Positions 50,793 to 63,675 of a stretch of 64,000 nucleotides of DNA are shown here, piece by piece. Each line of letters opens with the position of its first letter. Position 1 is the stretch's first letter. Both the position numbers and the translations under genes were made by a program. The notes beneath the pieces are model-generated. The model was not told the origin of the DNA, did not search any database, and saw only the letters and a program-made list of their open reading frames with translations. The stretch spans positions 7,833,352 to 7,897,351 of the forward strand of contig MU053934.1 of the NCBI GenBank assembly GCA_013239625.1. Reading direction: 5' to 3'. This stretch comes from Lama guanicoe. Taxonomy: Eukaryota.

Positions 50793-51889
50793 GGAGGGGA
50801 CGGAGGGAAGGAGGAGGCGAGAGGCTGGAGCGTCACTTGGTGGGCAGAGGGGGAAGTTGCTCGCTGGGCACCTTTGACTAGAGGGAGGGGGCCTTTGCAA
50901 TAACTTTTAAGATAATATGTTTACTTGATGGTCATTGAAAATGTGATTAGGAGACCTTAGAGGAAGCAAGGCCAAAGCCAGACACCCAGGTGTATCCCAG
51001 AGATAGTCCCGGGGGTGCCCTGTTTATCACGGGCACTAGGGGGTCCCACTGAGGCACCCCCCAACTGTGAGAGCGAACCAGGCCGTGCCCCTGACGCTCG
51101 CCAACCACGGTCACCACAGTACTCTATGCATTCGTGAATTTATAACTCGCAGACTCCGCCAGTCTGTGGCTTACAGGTGTTTCAGAAATCCGGGGAAATT
51201 TTTCACTCACTTCTTTCCGGTCACTCTCAGCATAAGAGCAAGAAAATAAAACTCTCTCTTCCCTCCAGGAAGTTAAGAAGTCTAATTTCAGCTCTACAAG
51301 GCAGTGTTATAGCCATCACTTGTCTGGGGCTCCTAACTTGGCCATTCTTCTCAGGATTAAAAAAAATTCTCCTACTGGGCTTCACATTTAAATGCAAGTA
51401 CATAATTAATGATATTCAGAAATAGAGGGATGTGCCTGGCACAACACGAGTCAGGAGGATCAGGCCTGGCAACACCTCTAAAGCACTAGGTCTGAAGACT
51501 CTGAAGTTTGCAGGGTTGGAGACGTGAATCAGAACTTCTCAACGTGTAAGAAACCCACACGGGCAGCCCCTGACTGCTTGGCCCGACGTCTGCCCGGACC
51601 GTCTGAGTCCCTGCTTTTGGTTCGCAGGTCCCTGTGGGGCTGACACCGTGTGAGGCTGACAGCCCCCCACACACCCTTCCTCAAGTCAATACATCTGATG
51701 AACTGACACCTGGAATCACAGCACAGGTAAACTTCCAAAAGAACGTGGCTTGGTACGTGCTCATACTGTCGAAACAAATGTACTAAAAAGCTCCCTTCTA
51801 GAAGCCTGGGGGTCACTAAACAAGACTGGCAAAATCACGGACCCCATCATGGACCTTATTTCATATTCTAGTTACGGAGACACAGAACG

Positions 51890-53650
51890 AACAAAGTAGG
51901 AGAACTATACACGTGCGTAACTGCTGTGGAGATAAAGGGGGCAGAGGAGGGGAGCAGGTGACGCTGAGCAAAGAGCTGAAGGAAACCAGAAAGGGAACAA
52001 GCCATCAGGAGGACAAAGAGGCAGCAGGGGCCTGATGGAGGACAAGCACGTGGGCTCCTGTGAGACTCAGCCACGTGAAGCCACTGGAGGGTTACACACA
52101 CAGAAGAGGGTTATGCACAGGGTTATGATCTGGCCTTTGCGCTTAAAGGGTCCCTCTGGCTGGATGTCAAGAACACACCTACAAAGGTGAGGGAGGAAAC
52201 AGGAAGACCAACCACAAGTCTACTGCAATCATCCAAGTAAGAGAAGCTGTGGCTCGGACCAGGGTGCTTCAGGGAAAAGTGCTGAGAAACAATCAGATTC
52301 CAGATACATTCTGAAGGAGGAGCCAGTGTATTTCCCCACAGATTTGATCTGGCATGCGAGAGAAAGACTGGATCGAGTGGATAACCAAGGTGGGAAAGAC
52401 TGCAGCTAGACCAGGTTGAAAGGGAAAGATCAAGAACTCCGTTCTGGACATGGTAAATTGGAGACGCTTATTAGATATCCCGGTGGAGATGCTGAATGGG
52501 CAGCTGGGTATGTGAGCCTGAGTGCAGGGGAGCGACTGGCGCTGAAGACAGAAGTTCGGGGCTTGTCAGCGTACGATGTGTGTAAAGGCATGATTCCTGC
52601 TCAGCCCACCAAGAACGCAGGTGTAGAGCCAGATGCCAGGGCTGGGCTTGGGGTGCTCAGCATTCAGAGCTCAGCGGGGTGAGGAGGAACCAGCAGGGGT
52701 GGCTGAGGAGGGCAACCACGGGGGGGCACAGGAGACGGAGCGTCCAGGAAACTGAGTGCAGAGCGTTTCAAGGAGGAGGGGGTGATGCTGTGTGTCAAAA
52801 GCTACAGTGATAATCGCGTCAGATAAGGACCAACAACTGCCCTTTGGATTAAGCCAGGCGGGAGCCACCGATGGCCCTAACAGCAGCTGTACTGGTGGAA
52901 CTGGGTGGTTGGGAGGAAGCCTGTCTAAGTGAGTTCCAGTAAATTCCCAGCAGAACAGTCTGCGACAGCGGAAGAGACCCCCGTTTGGAGGAGGGAGGGG
53001 GCAAAGGAGAAACTTCTTTAAGATGGGAGAATCGGGAGCACGTGTGAACACTCACGATTGTGATCCAGCTGCGAGGCCAAGAGGGGCGAGGCAGGAGAGA
53101 GAGGAGCGGATAGCCATCCCCGCGGGTCTGCCGCGGAGCCTTTCCTAGGCACACGGACAGTTCACGTGGCGTGACAAAGGAGAAGGCAGGGAGTGTGACT
53201 ACGGACCCGGAGAGGAGAGCTGGTGGCTGACCCGTCTGCTGGTGTCTCCAGTGAAGCGGGAGTTGGGTCATCAGCACCAAGGGGGGACGGGGAGAGGCGT
53301 CTCAGGACGGAGGAGAGAGGACACAGAATGAAACAGTCATCTCGGAGGAAAGGCAGGCAGTGGGTGGGAGGAGAGGCATGACTGCCAGGGGGCCGAAGAG
53401 CCCATCGGGGAACGAGCACAGGAACTTAAGAGCCCGTACTGGCGCTGGTGCGGCTTTTCTCCAGCCGTGTTCAGCTGCATGAGGAGGCGGGTGAGGTGGG
53501 TCTAATTTGGGTCAGAGTTTTGAAAAAAAAAAGTGTGACAGAGCAGGGTGAGGGTGTGCGCAAGAGAAGTGGTGACACGGGACCATATGTTGTTCAGGAA
53601 GGAACCTGAGGGTGACGGGAACGATTGTGCAGGTGAAGCACCTGGACCAG
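51890..53650 (-). mobile_element. L2 LINE
   Basis: gttatgatctgg..ccctctggctg...ggacatggtaaattggagacgcttattagatatcc..gtggagatg..., antisense L2. Confidence 0.7.
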
Positions 53651-55041
53651 ACTGAAGAGGTTAAGAGACAAGAAACTCAGGCTTATGAAGAATTTTAAGA
53701 AGGGAAAGAATTACTCTGATCCAATTAGCATTTAATGGGGACTCACTCTGAGCCAGCAAATGTGCTTAAGATTCAAGAAAAACCCATCATTTAAGCCTCC
53801 CCATGCCAGAGACTCGCCACTGCCATCCCATTTCCTAGGTGAGGAAACGGGCGCTCAGAGCAGGCAAGCAACTTCCCTGGGGCACACAGCTCCAGACCCA
53901 GAGCTGGGTCCAGGGAAGGGCTCTCCCCAGGTATCAGGGTCGCATTGTTGTCAAGGGCCATGGCTTTCCTGCTGCTTTGTGCAAAATTAACAAGCCCCTT
54001 GAAGGCAGTGGTGAGTCTCGCTATCAGCGCTACCTGCGTGGTCAACACACTGGCCTCCTGCCTCACCTGCTCTCCCAGCACCGGGGCCGGATCCGCTGGA
54101 ACTGCATTCCTCGTGGCCGTTACCGCTGATGCAAACAACTGCTTTCTTTATTTTATCCATAAATTCCCTTCCTAATAACAATAAGGCATGCCGGGGCTTT
54201 GGCCTCATGCCTTATTACACCACCTGAGGAGTGAGATAATCACCCAGAAATGTACTGCCTGTTGTGCATTTTATTACTGGAATACAAAGCGATTCAATTC
54301 AAGAAGCACTTAGTTGAAGACGGCATGAGAGAAAAATAATAATCACATGAAAAGCAATTCCTCCTACGGCTACCGAGCACACGGCGGGGAGTAACCCTCC
54401 CCCAAAGGGAGGGTGGTCTGGGTGACCTGCTGGGTCTTCTCCAGTTCTCATTTCTACCAATTGCAGGATCATAAAAGCTAGTGGGACTTCAGTTACAATA
54501 TGAATATTCCAAAGCGCCAAATCTGGATAGCTCTGAAAACGGAGCCTTTCTGAGGGTTCCACCTAAACATGCTTGGTGTAAGCATTTTCACTCTTCAGCA
54601 AACACTGCAGGCCACACACTAGTGAGTGGAAGAACAGAAAGAAAAGTGTGACCCACCTGGCCCCCTCAGGGAGCTTGCCGCTTAAGTGGGGATTTAAAGA
54701 AAACGGCAGCACATTTTAAAAGAACAGGAACAAGGTATGCCCGCAGCACGTCCACCCACACAGACAGAGCGCGCGAAAACCCGGTGGCGCCCGTCTTCCT
54801 AGGGGTGATGAGAGCGTGGATTAGGTACGTCACCCCATCTCAGGGGTCAAAGCCTTTGCCCCAGAGACGTCATCATCAGTTCACTCCAAGCGGGGAAAAA
54901 GCTATTCCATTTTTAGATTCCTCAAGCAGAGATAACATGGTCTTCTGTTGTTACTAATACCATTCTTTGTTCATATGCATTTATTTTCCATTTTTAAAAA
55001 TTAATTTTAAACATCTCTTGAAGCAGACAGGTAGCTTTGAA

Positions 55042-55210
55042 ACAGTGGTTCTTAAAATGTGGTCCCAACCAGCAACAGCAGCACCACGTGGGACCGTCTT
55101 AGAAATGCAGATTCTCGGGCTCCACCCAGACTGGCCAATGGGGAACTCTGGGGGTGGGTGCCCCACCCTCTGTACTTTAACAAGCCGGACCCCTGCTTTA
55201 GGAGAACCTG
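55042..55210. mobile_element. MER5A hAT MITE
   Basis: cagtggttcttaaaatgtggtcc...ttagaaatgcagattctcgggctccacccagac...tttaacaagc. Confidence 0.85.
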
Positions 55211-56877
55211 AAGCTGATTTATAAGTATTAGTCTATAGTTTGTAAGAAGGCTCTTGTGTAAAATGCCCTGCTTGACATCCAAATGAAGTTAAAAGACCGG
55301 CACATGTTCCATCTAGGTGAGCCTACTAGGTTAACCTTGCAGCCGCCTATTACGCCGGCCACGGGCTTATCACCAGCCTGGCGAGTTAGATACTGTTATC
55401 CTGATTTTTAGAGACAGAGAAATGAAACACCAGAGAGAAAAGCCAAGTTTACTCATGAGGCCAAGGCCCAGACTCGCCTGAACATACCCTGGGCTTTGTG
55501 CCCAGCTGTGCCAGGATTGTGCGTGTACGTGCCGGCCAGGTGCACGTGGCTGGGGTGTGCGCACTCCCACATAAGCACGTGGATAAGAACAGCGAAGTCT
55601 GTACAGATTCACAGAGTGATAAGAAAATCTGTCAAGTCTCAAGAATGGACACTTTGCATTCGCAAATCTGTCTAACAATTCTGCAACCTACTCACAAGAA
55701 CAGGTAGAAAGTCAAAAGCCAGGTATCTACATAAATATCTAATCAAATACTAGGATTCTGGGGTTCGTGACACCAACAAGTGAAGCCCAGTCCGCCTCCC
55801 CCATCTCGGGTTCATATTCGCTTAAGACCTTAGAATCGGCTGGCAACCCCTAGTCTACTGTTCTACACATACGAATTATAAGAATGCAAGTTGATTTACA
55901 CATACATTCCAAATGATAGGGTATTGTAAAAAACAATTTAGCCAGTCATCTGAATTTAATTTAGCAGAAAAATCCATGGTTATAAACTGACCTGCCTCCA
56001 CCGCCAGCTGCCTGGCGTGTCTGAGCCACGCCTCCGCCTGCCAAGGGTCTGCCCGACGCGGGGGTCTCCTCAAGTGCCTCGCAGACGCTCACCTTCCTCC
56101 CAGGGCTCATTTTCACAAATACCGTCTCCTGCAGCATAAATTTCCAGGCTACCCACACCCCCTACAAGACACACCCACGCCAGCCTAGAGATCAACTCCA
56201 AATATACCACAAACCTCTCAAAGTTATCTGCTTTCATCAGGTGATGATTTATCAAAACTATAAATAATCGGATTATACTATGTCGCAACATAAAAACATG
56301 TTTAGGACAATGTTAAGAGAAAAGGTACAGTGGGGGCTACACTATAAACACAGCGATATAAGAATGTATTTTCACACGTGGACAGGGGTACAGGGCCTCG
56401 GGACAGTGGAGACAGCAACCTTTTCCGTTTTAGATGCTCTTTAAGAACCGTATCACAGCACGTTACGTCTACCATGCCGCCGGGCCAACCAGGCAGCCCC
56501 TGCCACTCCCTCTCCCTCCTTGCTCCCCTCAGCCACACGGGCCCCTCTGCCCAGATCCTTCCCCACTCCTCAGCCGACCCCTCCCACCTCCATGTCCGCC
56601 TGTCACATCACCTTCTCAGAAGCCACACTGCTCCCCTCGGCCACACCCTCCCACCTCAGCCTGTCCTTCCCCGGCACCGCCCTGACCACAGCTGGTCACT
56701 ACACTCTTACGTGGGAAAGCAGAAACTTGATTACAGGCTCCATGAAACAAAACAGCAGTTTTATACCACTGTACTCCTGCCCTGGAGACCCGGCAAGTCC
56801 CTGGAGCTCCACGAGTATTTCTCAGATTAATGAAGGATTTTCACAGCCTTGTCATTCACATAGCACTCTCCTCCCAA

Positions 56878-56985
56878 CGCACACACACCCACACAGATAC
56901 ACACACACACAGACACATGCCCCCAGACACACATATACAAACACACCCATACACACACACACACATACACATACACACACACATC
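56878..56985. repeat. Degenerate (CA)n microsatellite
   Basis: Directly visible. Confidence 0.85.
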
Positions 56986-58494
56986 CCTCCACTCTCGGAT
57001 CTCGTTTAAGATCCTCACCCTCCCTCCCGCCATCCCAGGCAGAAGTCTCAGCACCTCCTGTGATTTCTCCCTCTCATCCCCTGTACTGAGAACTAGTGAC
57101 CAGGGTCAAAGGCCTCCTTAATTAACACCCATGACCCTTCTGATTGTTCAGGTCTAACTTCCCTGTGAGGTCATCAGTGTCACGAGAGCAGGGACCACAT
57201 CTGATTACGGGGGGGCCAAAAAATCATGCTTGAGTTTAACTGATTTAAGTGTTGTGGCTTTGTGATCATTTCTATCAGCAAGAATGCCTGCTGCCCCAGA
57301 ATACAGACCCTAAAGAAAAGGCTTATTTTGTTTTGTTCATAATGTGGCTTCTCTATCATGGATGCAAAAATCTAACTGCAGAAAGGGCCTCAGAAATTCC
57401 CTCCCCCTTATGAGTATTTTCAGACTCCACCACACCTCGTGTGATGCCGGACAGGGCAACAGGGAACAGAAAAAAAAGCTGGGTTAGAAAACACTGACCA
57501 CATGCCGTCGGCCGTCAAACACCGGTTCCCCTCTCACAGACCGTGTCACTGGCAGCCTTTTAACATGTAGTTGCTGGAAACCATCCCGCTCCGGCTCCTG
57601 GGAGCCGACAAGGAGTGTTTAACTCGTCCTATTTATAGTGCAGCCAGGCCCGAGCCAGTGAGCCAGTTCTCGGGTGCCACAAACGCAAGTTGGGATGGTT
57701 TCCCAGCCCGAGTTCAGGAACAGAAAGTTGGGCGGCTGCTGCCACCTACAGCAGGAAGTGTGACCTTGCACTGCCCAGCGGCCCTGCGGGCCTCGCCGAG
57801 GGGGAGGCAGGCGGAATCATTTTCCAAGTTCACCAGGTGGTCTAACACGTGCTGTCAAGCACCAAGTTCAGGACGTCCAGCTGTGACACATATAATGCGG
57901 TGCTTGTTGCTATAATAAACGCAGAAGTTCCCAAACAGCTGTAGCCCGAGAACCAGTGTTCAGAGCACACTTGCTGTGGAAGCAACTAAAACAAGGCACA
58001 TGGAAGCGATCGCGGCATCACAACCACCTTTTGGAGCACCCTCCTCTCGAGGCCTTCCCCCAGCACAGTGGAGTGACCTGGCCAGTTCCTCCCACCTGTC
58101 AGACACTCAGGCGGCCGGGAAGGAGCAGCATCCCCCCGGCCTTGGTGCTGTGGGTGCCGTGCGGCTGAGCACAGCAAGATGTGTTTTGGTGCTATTTCCT
58201 TTCATTTCCTTCAAGATAAACTATTTCTGAATTTGTAAATTCTGAAAAATAAGAGCAATAGGGTTAGATGACTTTTCTTCTTTAGCTTTTCAAGCCACAG
58301 GGAACGGAGCCTTTGGGTCTGCAAAACTATCAAGCAGTTTTGTTAGTTACTGGAGAACTGGGTCGAAAACATCAGGCAGGTCCTGTACATGAATTTCACA
58401 CTAAATTTTAGGTTTCTCGGATGGAGACACTTTATGTCAACACTATATGGGTACCACCCTTATTTGTATATCTCAAACATACACGCTGCAATGC

Positions 58495-58527
<33 letters not shown>

Positions 58528-58529
58528 AC
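58495..58529. repeat. (CA)n microsatellite
   Basis: Directly visible. Confidence 0.9.
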
Positions 58530-61500
58530 TTACCCCTACTGTGGCCCCCTCCGTTCTCCTCACATCAGCCAGGATAGTCATTCTAAAATGCTGATATCCT
58601 TGTGCTATTTCCGTGCTTTAAGAACTCCAACTGCTTCCTACTAAGACCAAAGTCCCTGATGTGTCACATGCCTGCTTCTCCACGGCTCTGGCCTCCGGCC
58701 GTCATTCTAAGCAGCCAGCAGGAACCATGGCTCTTCCCTGGAGAACACCTCCTACACCAAATCCTTGTCCCGCCCCACCCCTAACGTCACTACCCCTGTT
58801 CACCCTCGCTCATCTGGGCTCCAAAAGCAGCCCCCTAAACCGCTCCCTCTGACTCTCCTCTGACCCACTCTCCTCTGCCGCCAGGACGTAGCTTTCTAAA
58901 GCGCAGATACAGTCATGCTGCTCCCTGGCTGACACTCTCGCGAGACAAAACCACACGTGTGTTAAATTTCCATACGATTATGCACCAAGGGGAAAATGAG
59001 TGCGTGTCAAAACTGGTGAAATCGGAATAAAGTCTCTATTTGTCACTAGCTCTGTAGCAATGGCAGCACCCTAAGTGGCCTCCGGTTATTCCGTGAGACG
59101 TTACCGCCGGGGGAAGCTGGGGGCGCACAGAAACTCGCTGTACTAATTCTGCAACTTTCTTGTGAACCTAAATTTTTTAAATTAAAATAAACCCAAACAT
59201 GCACTACTCCTCCTGGGTAGACAGACTGAAGTTGCGCTCCTAACTGTCAGCAGACGATCCTTCACATGGCTGGCAACCTGCCCCAGGAGACGCGCCCAGA
59301 CACCACGGCTCCTGGCGCACTGTCTTTGCACGCAGCGTCCGGATGAGCACGGCACGTGGCTCCTCACCTCTCAGGACTGATTCATGCTCTTGCTGGAGTT
59401 CTCCTTCCTCCTTTCCCACCACACTTCAATCCACCTTTCGAGACGGAGGGTAGAGCCCCCTCCTTCGTGAGGCCTTCCTGTCCTCCTCAAACAAAGCTGA
59501 CCAGGCCCTCACGGAGAACTTGGTCTTCGGGTTTCACTCTGCCAGTTGTTTTACTTAATAAAGAAAAGGAGAGGAAGGTGAAAGGAGCCCATATCCCCAC
59601 CACTTTGCCAGGGGGCCAGGCTGACACCAAGTACAAAGCATTAACCCCTCCCAGCCCATCCGTCTAATCCCACATCTACTTTCCCTTTCATTCTCTGCTT
59701 CCAGACTTTTCTCCTGGCTGTTTACCTGTGGCCCTGCTCATCACTGAGCCCCTCCAATGGAGGGGATTAGCTGCACTCACCTTCCTAAACCCAGCACCTC
59801 CCACACAGCCTGACGCACGGGAAGCACTCCGTTCATCACTACGCTCCGTGGACCACAGTCCACAGCCGGCAGCACCTGACACGGCAAGGCCGAGGAGCGT
59901 GGGCTAGCTTCACCCTTGATTCTGGAAACTGAACAATGTCTGAGTGTGAGCAAGGCACTGCGATGAGTTCTTTCATTCGTCCCTGACCTGACTTCACCCT
60001 CAGCGTAGGTTCTCTAATTAAAGAGAATTCTGAGACATGCGTGAATATGGTTACATCAAAACCGTAAGGGGGAAATCAGCAAGGATTATAGAAACCAGTG
60101 ACCCCCAAACAAGCATCGAGTCGCAGACCATCAGACAACTTCTTAGCCACAGGCAAAAGCGCAGTCAGAAAGCTAGTTCACTGATCTACGTGCCAGGTAA
60201 GGACTGATGTCCAGTTTTTAACACATGCTGTTTATATCAGAACCATAACAGAAGTGCCATCCATGCGCCTTGGCCGCCAGAGAAAACAGTTCAACACAAG
60301 AGTAAGAACCGTGCACAGCCAAACAGAAATGGCATCAGAAGCAAGCACTGCTGGAACTGGTAGCGTGGTGGGGGTGGGGATTGTCACTTGACAAAACTGG
60401 AAAAAGCTGCAAGCAACACACAAGACTGGCAGTTAAACGCAAATACTTGAGAAAAACCTTCCCCTTGTCTGTTCTGATAGCAAATGGATGTTCTGTCGTA
60501 TTGTGGGACCCGTACTCTCTAAAGCTCCCCTTTTAAACTCTTACTCATTTACTGAGCATCTCTGCATTTGGACAGCAGAAAAACAAAGTGTTTGGAGTCA
60601 AGAAGACATGGAGTCAAACTGGTTCCACTATCTACAATGCAAACTGGCAAGTTAACTGACCTCCTGACCCTGACCTCCTGACTTCATCTGCAACATGGAA
60701 ATAATCTCTCTCATCAAGGCAAGTAATCTTCATTTAGAATCTAGGGACAAGCTCCGTGTGTGCATTTTTAGATTTGCAAACACTCTGAGATTAAATGCAA
60801 AAGTGTGAGATGATTTTTCCACAGTAAGCATGCATGGCTTTCTCAGGGGACAAGTGACCCCAAACAGTTAAGCGCCACACTCCAAAGGCTGTGGCAGGAC
60901 CACAGTGTATCTAAAGAGCCTGACACACAGCAGGCTGTGTTCACTACTGGACAGCTGTTATTAATTTTAGGTCCTGGGAAGGTACAGAAAGATAAACCAG
61001 ACAGAACTGGAGAGGAAGGCAGGCAGGCAGTTACAGTGTAAGGTCCTGCGTGTCGTCTCCGGGTTTCACTGGGCAACAAAGGCAGGCAAACCAAAGTAAG
61101 CCCAGAAACACCCCAGTAGGAAAAATGAGAGTGGAGGCACCTGGCGTATCAGGACAGTGACATGATCATCACTGCAGGGTCCCCGACGCCTGGACAGGGC
61201 TTGGCATATGGCAGATGTTATGTAAATAAACAAACAAACAGCTGGAACCAACCCAGGGTGCAGGACCATTTACAAACTCCCAGGGGAAAAACCAAATTCA
61301 GAAGGTATTCCTAAAAACTATTTCTATTAAAAAATTTTCCATTTCAAAAACTCCATACAAATGTAGTCATCCACATTCTGTCCCTAAGTAGTCACCCCAG
61401 CCTTCCTGGGCTTGGTGATGGACCCGGAGAGAAATATCCTTGAAACACAGGTGTTAGCAACACTTTCTTTTTTCCAAAGGAATTAAATGCCTTATTTTCC

Positions 61501-61583
61501 TGGGCAAAATAAATTCAATTTCCTCCTTCTTCTTCTTTTTTTTTCAGTTTTCCCTTTCCTGAGTTCAAGAAGCTTACAGCTAA

Positions 61584-61782
61584 TAAAACGACAACAACAA
61601 AAATAACGCAGACTCACAGACACAGAGAACAAACTAGTGGTTACCAGTGGGGAGAGGGAAGGGGGAGGGCAACGTAGGGGAAAGGGGTTATTATGGGATT
61701 ATATGAAGTCATGTGTGGGAAACTTTTGAAAACTGTAAAGCACTACAAAATTTAAAGAATCTTTCATCCAATTAAAAAAAAA
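61584..61782 (+). mobile_element. Short L1 3'-end insertion with 17-bp TSD
   Basis: gcagactcacagacacagagaacaaactagtggttaccag...poly-A; TSD aagaagct(t/c)acagctaa at 61567-61583 and 61783-61799. Confidence 0.88.
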
Positions 61783-61981
61783 AAGAAGCTCACAGCTAAA
61801 TGTGTGGCCCAACAGTGTCAACCACCACAGATGATCTGAGTGCTCCCTTTCCTCCTGAAGTTCCTTCCCCATTTTACCACATTGTATGTATTCTTACTAG
61901 TCACCTCAAAGCCTCAGCAGGACTTTCAGAGTATACACACATTTGAGGGTGTGAGAATACTGGTCAAGAACACAGAGCCTG

Positions 61982-62545
61982 ACTATTAAAAGTAGCCAAG
62001 ACATGAAAACAACCTAATTGTCCACCAACAGATGACTGGATAAAGAAGTTGTGGTATATTTATACAATGGATACTACTCAGATATAGAAAAGAATAAAAT
62101 AATGCCAATTGCAACGTGGGTGGACCTGGAGATCATCATTCTAAGTGAAGTAAGTCAGAAAGAGAAAGAAAAATGTCACATGATGTCACTTATATGGGGA
62201 ATCAAAATAAAAAAAGACACAAATGAACTTATTCACAAAACAGAAACAGACTCACAGAGAAAACAAACTTACGGTTACCACGGGGGAAAGGGGGTGGGAA
62301 GGGATAAATTGGGAGTTCAAGATTTGCAGATACTAACTAGTATACATAAAATAGATAAGCAACAAGTTTATACTGTATAGCACAGGGAACTATATTCAGT
62401 ATCTTGTAGTAACGTATAACGAATAAGAATATGAAAAGGAAAATATGTATGTATATGGATGACTGAAATAGTATGCCGTACACCTGAAATCGATACAACA
62501 CTGTAAACCGACTATACGTCAATAGAAATTTTAAAAAGGAAAAAA
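61982..62545 (+). mobile_element. L1 3' end inserted into a MIR
   Basis: gatgactggataaagaag...ggacctggagatcatcattctaagtgaagtaag...tgtatagcacagggaactatattca; TSD aagaacacag at 61966 and 62546; MIR sequence resumes to about 62770. Confidence 0.88.
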
Positions 62546-63018
62546 AAGAACACAGGCCCTGGTACCAGGCAGTCCTGGAGCAGAAGCCACACGCCTCCAT
62601 CCATCTCCTCTGTAGCCCCTCAACTTCTCTGCATCCCTGCTGCCTCGTCTATAAAATGAAAATAGTAATTACTTTTTCATATGCAGGAAGTGAGGCAGAA
62701 ACTTTTAAAAGGTACGTGAGGCCCCAAACTGTACCCGGAACATAGTACGTGCTCATCAGTGTCAGCAGAGAAGAGCGGAAGCAGCAACACTGCAGACACA
62801 CAGACGAAGAGAAATGACAACAAATTAAACAAAAGGAAATTGCAGTAAAAGGTCAAAACCCAGAGAAAAAAGGTGGGAAAACAAAGCTCTTTGTGACTGG
62901 AAGTGCGTCACATTCATACGTCACTTCTATTCATGGTTTTCTAAACGTAGTCCTTCCCTCCTTCTAAATGGTGTGGCTCTCCTAGATGGTATTGTGTTGA
63001 AAGTGAATTAATACTCAC

Positions 63019-63159
63019 ATATTACAAGAATCCAATCTATATAATGTACAAGCCTAGATTTGGGGTATTTTTAGATAAATATCCTTTACAAAAAGGTCAG
63101 CTCATTTGTGGTCTTTAAAGGAAGAAAGCAACTCTTCACTTCTTGTCTCAGTTCCTCAT
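63019..63159 (-). other. EFCAB6: Probable EFCAB6 upstream, mostly 5'-UTR exon; 5' boundary either 63159 or 63112
   Basis: Non-repetitive segment with donor TAT|gtgagt (63018-63013) and two candidate acceptors (ctgtttaatttag| and ttgctttcttcctttaaag|). Its last two bases AT plus the first G of the 45289 exon give an in-frame ATG. Confidence 0.65.
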
Positions 63160-63518
63160 CTAAATTAAACAGCTTATTTTTTAAATCCCGGCAGGGGAAG
63201 GAGTCATCCAAGAAAAACTTCAGTGATTCTCAGCATCTACTGACCTTAAACATCCACTCGATACACACCTGTAAAGAGGCTTTATTAAAGCAACTGTCTT
63301 CTTAGCAGCCAATGGTCGCCCAGTGGATTCCTGCTCTGGGCAGGCTCCACACTGCTGAGCATCCTCCTGGAGCTGGCTGTCTCCATGTGCCAGTCAGCTG
63401 GAGGGGTCACAGCATGGGCGCTGTAGAGATCGCTGCACAGGAAGAGGTTGTCAGCTGGAAAAGGGCAGGGAAACAGAAGACAAAATGGACAGCAAATTTA
63501 ACGTCTCAGGTAAGCGTT

Positions 63519-63675
63519 CCCTTTTTTTTCTTTAGTCGGTTTACAATGCTGTGTTAACTTGTGGTGCACCGTATAGTGATTCAGTTATACATATACATGA
63601 ATATATATTCCTTTTCACATTCTTATTCATTATAGGCTATTAGAAGGTATTGCATATAGTTCCCTGTGCTATCCA
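63519..63675 (-). mobile_element. Short antisense L1 3' end with 13-bp TSD
   Basis: T-rich tail then tagtcggtttacaat...atagttccctgtgctat; TSD tcaggtaagc(g/a)tt at 63506-63518 and 63676-63688. Confidence 0.85.

Larger units (their letters stand above)
1..63159 (-). other. EFCAB6: EFCAB6 gene, 5' portion (continues beyond position 1; the true first exon probably lies beyond 64000)
   Basis: Six phase-compatible minus-strand exons translate to MAIVPDWHTLYPHTRKFTHLRPHSSPCRVYSRNG...TTAVANPMLSFLDVKRIIFQKITDKGDELKKAFHLLD...IPLTSSGAVPYLEFLSRFGGIDL...NCCRTLKELEVHVGEKIFKNIKTVIKAFKLIDINKTGLV...FAKHYNIDKDTAVNYNVFLKNLS, which closely matches my recollection of the human EFCAB6 N-terminus. Confidence 0.96.

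Noticed and set aside
51529..51816. 95-aa ORF with a protein-like look
   Set aside because: No recognisable homology, splice sites or retrocopy hallmarks.
56093..56161. Possible 69-nt minus-strand cassette exon (tgtag|...AAG|gtgagc)
   Set aside because: Weak polypyrimidine tract, and its ATGs are out of frame with EFCAB6; no independent support.
57200..57500. Possible hAT-Tip100/other DNA transposon fragment
   Set aside because: Could not identify TIRs or a family confidently.
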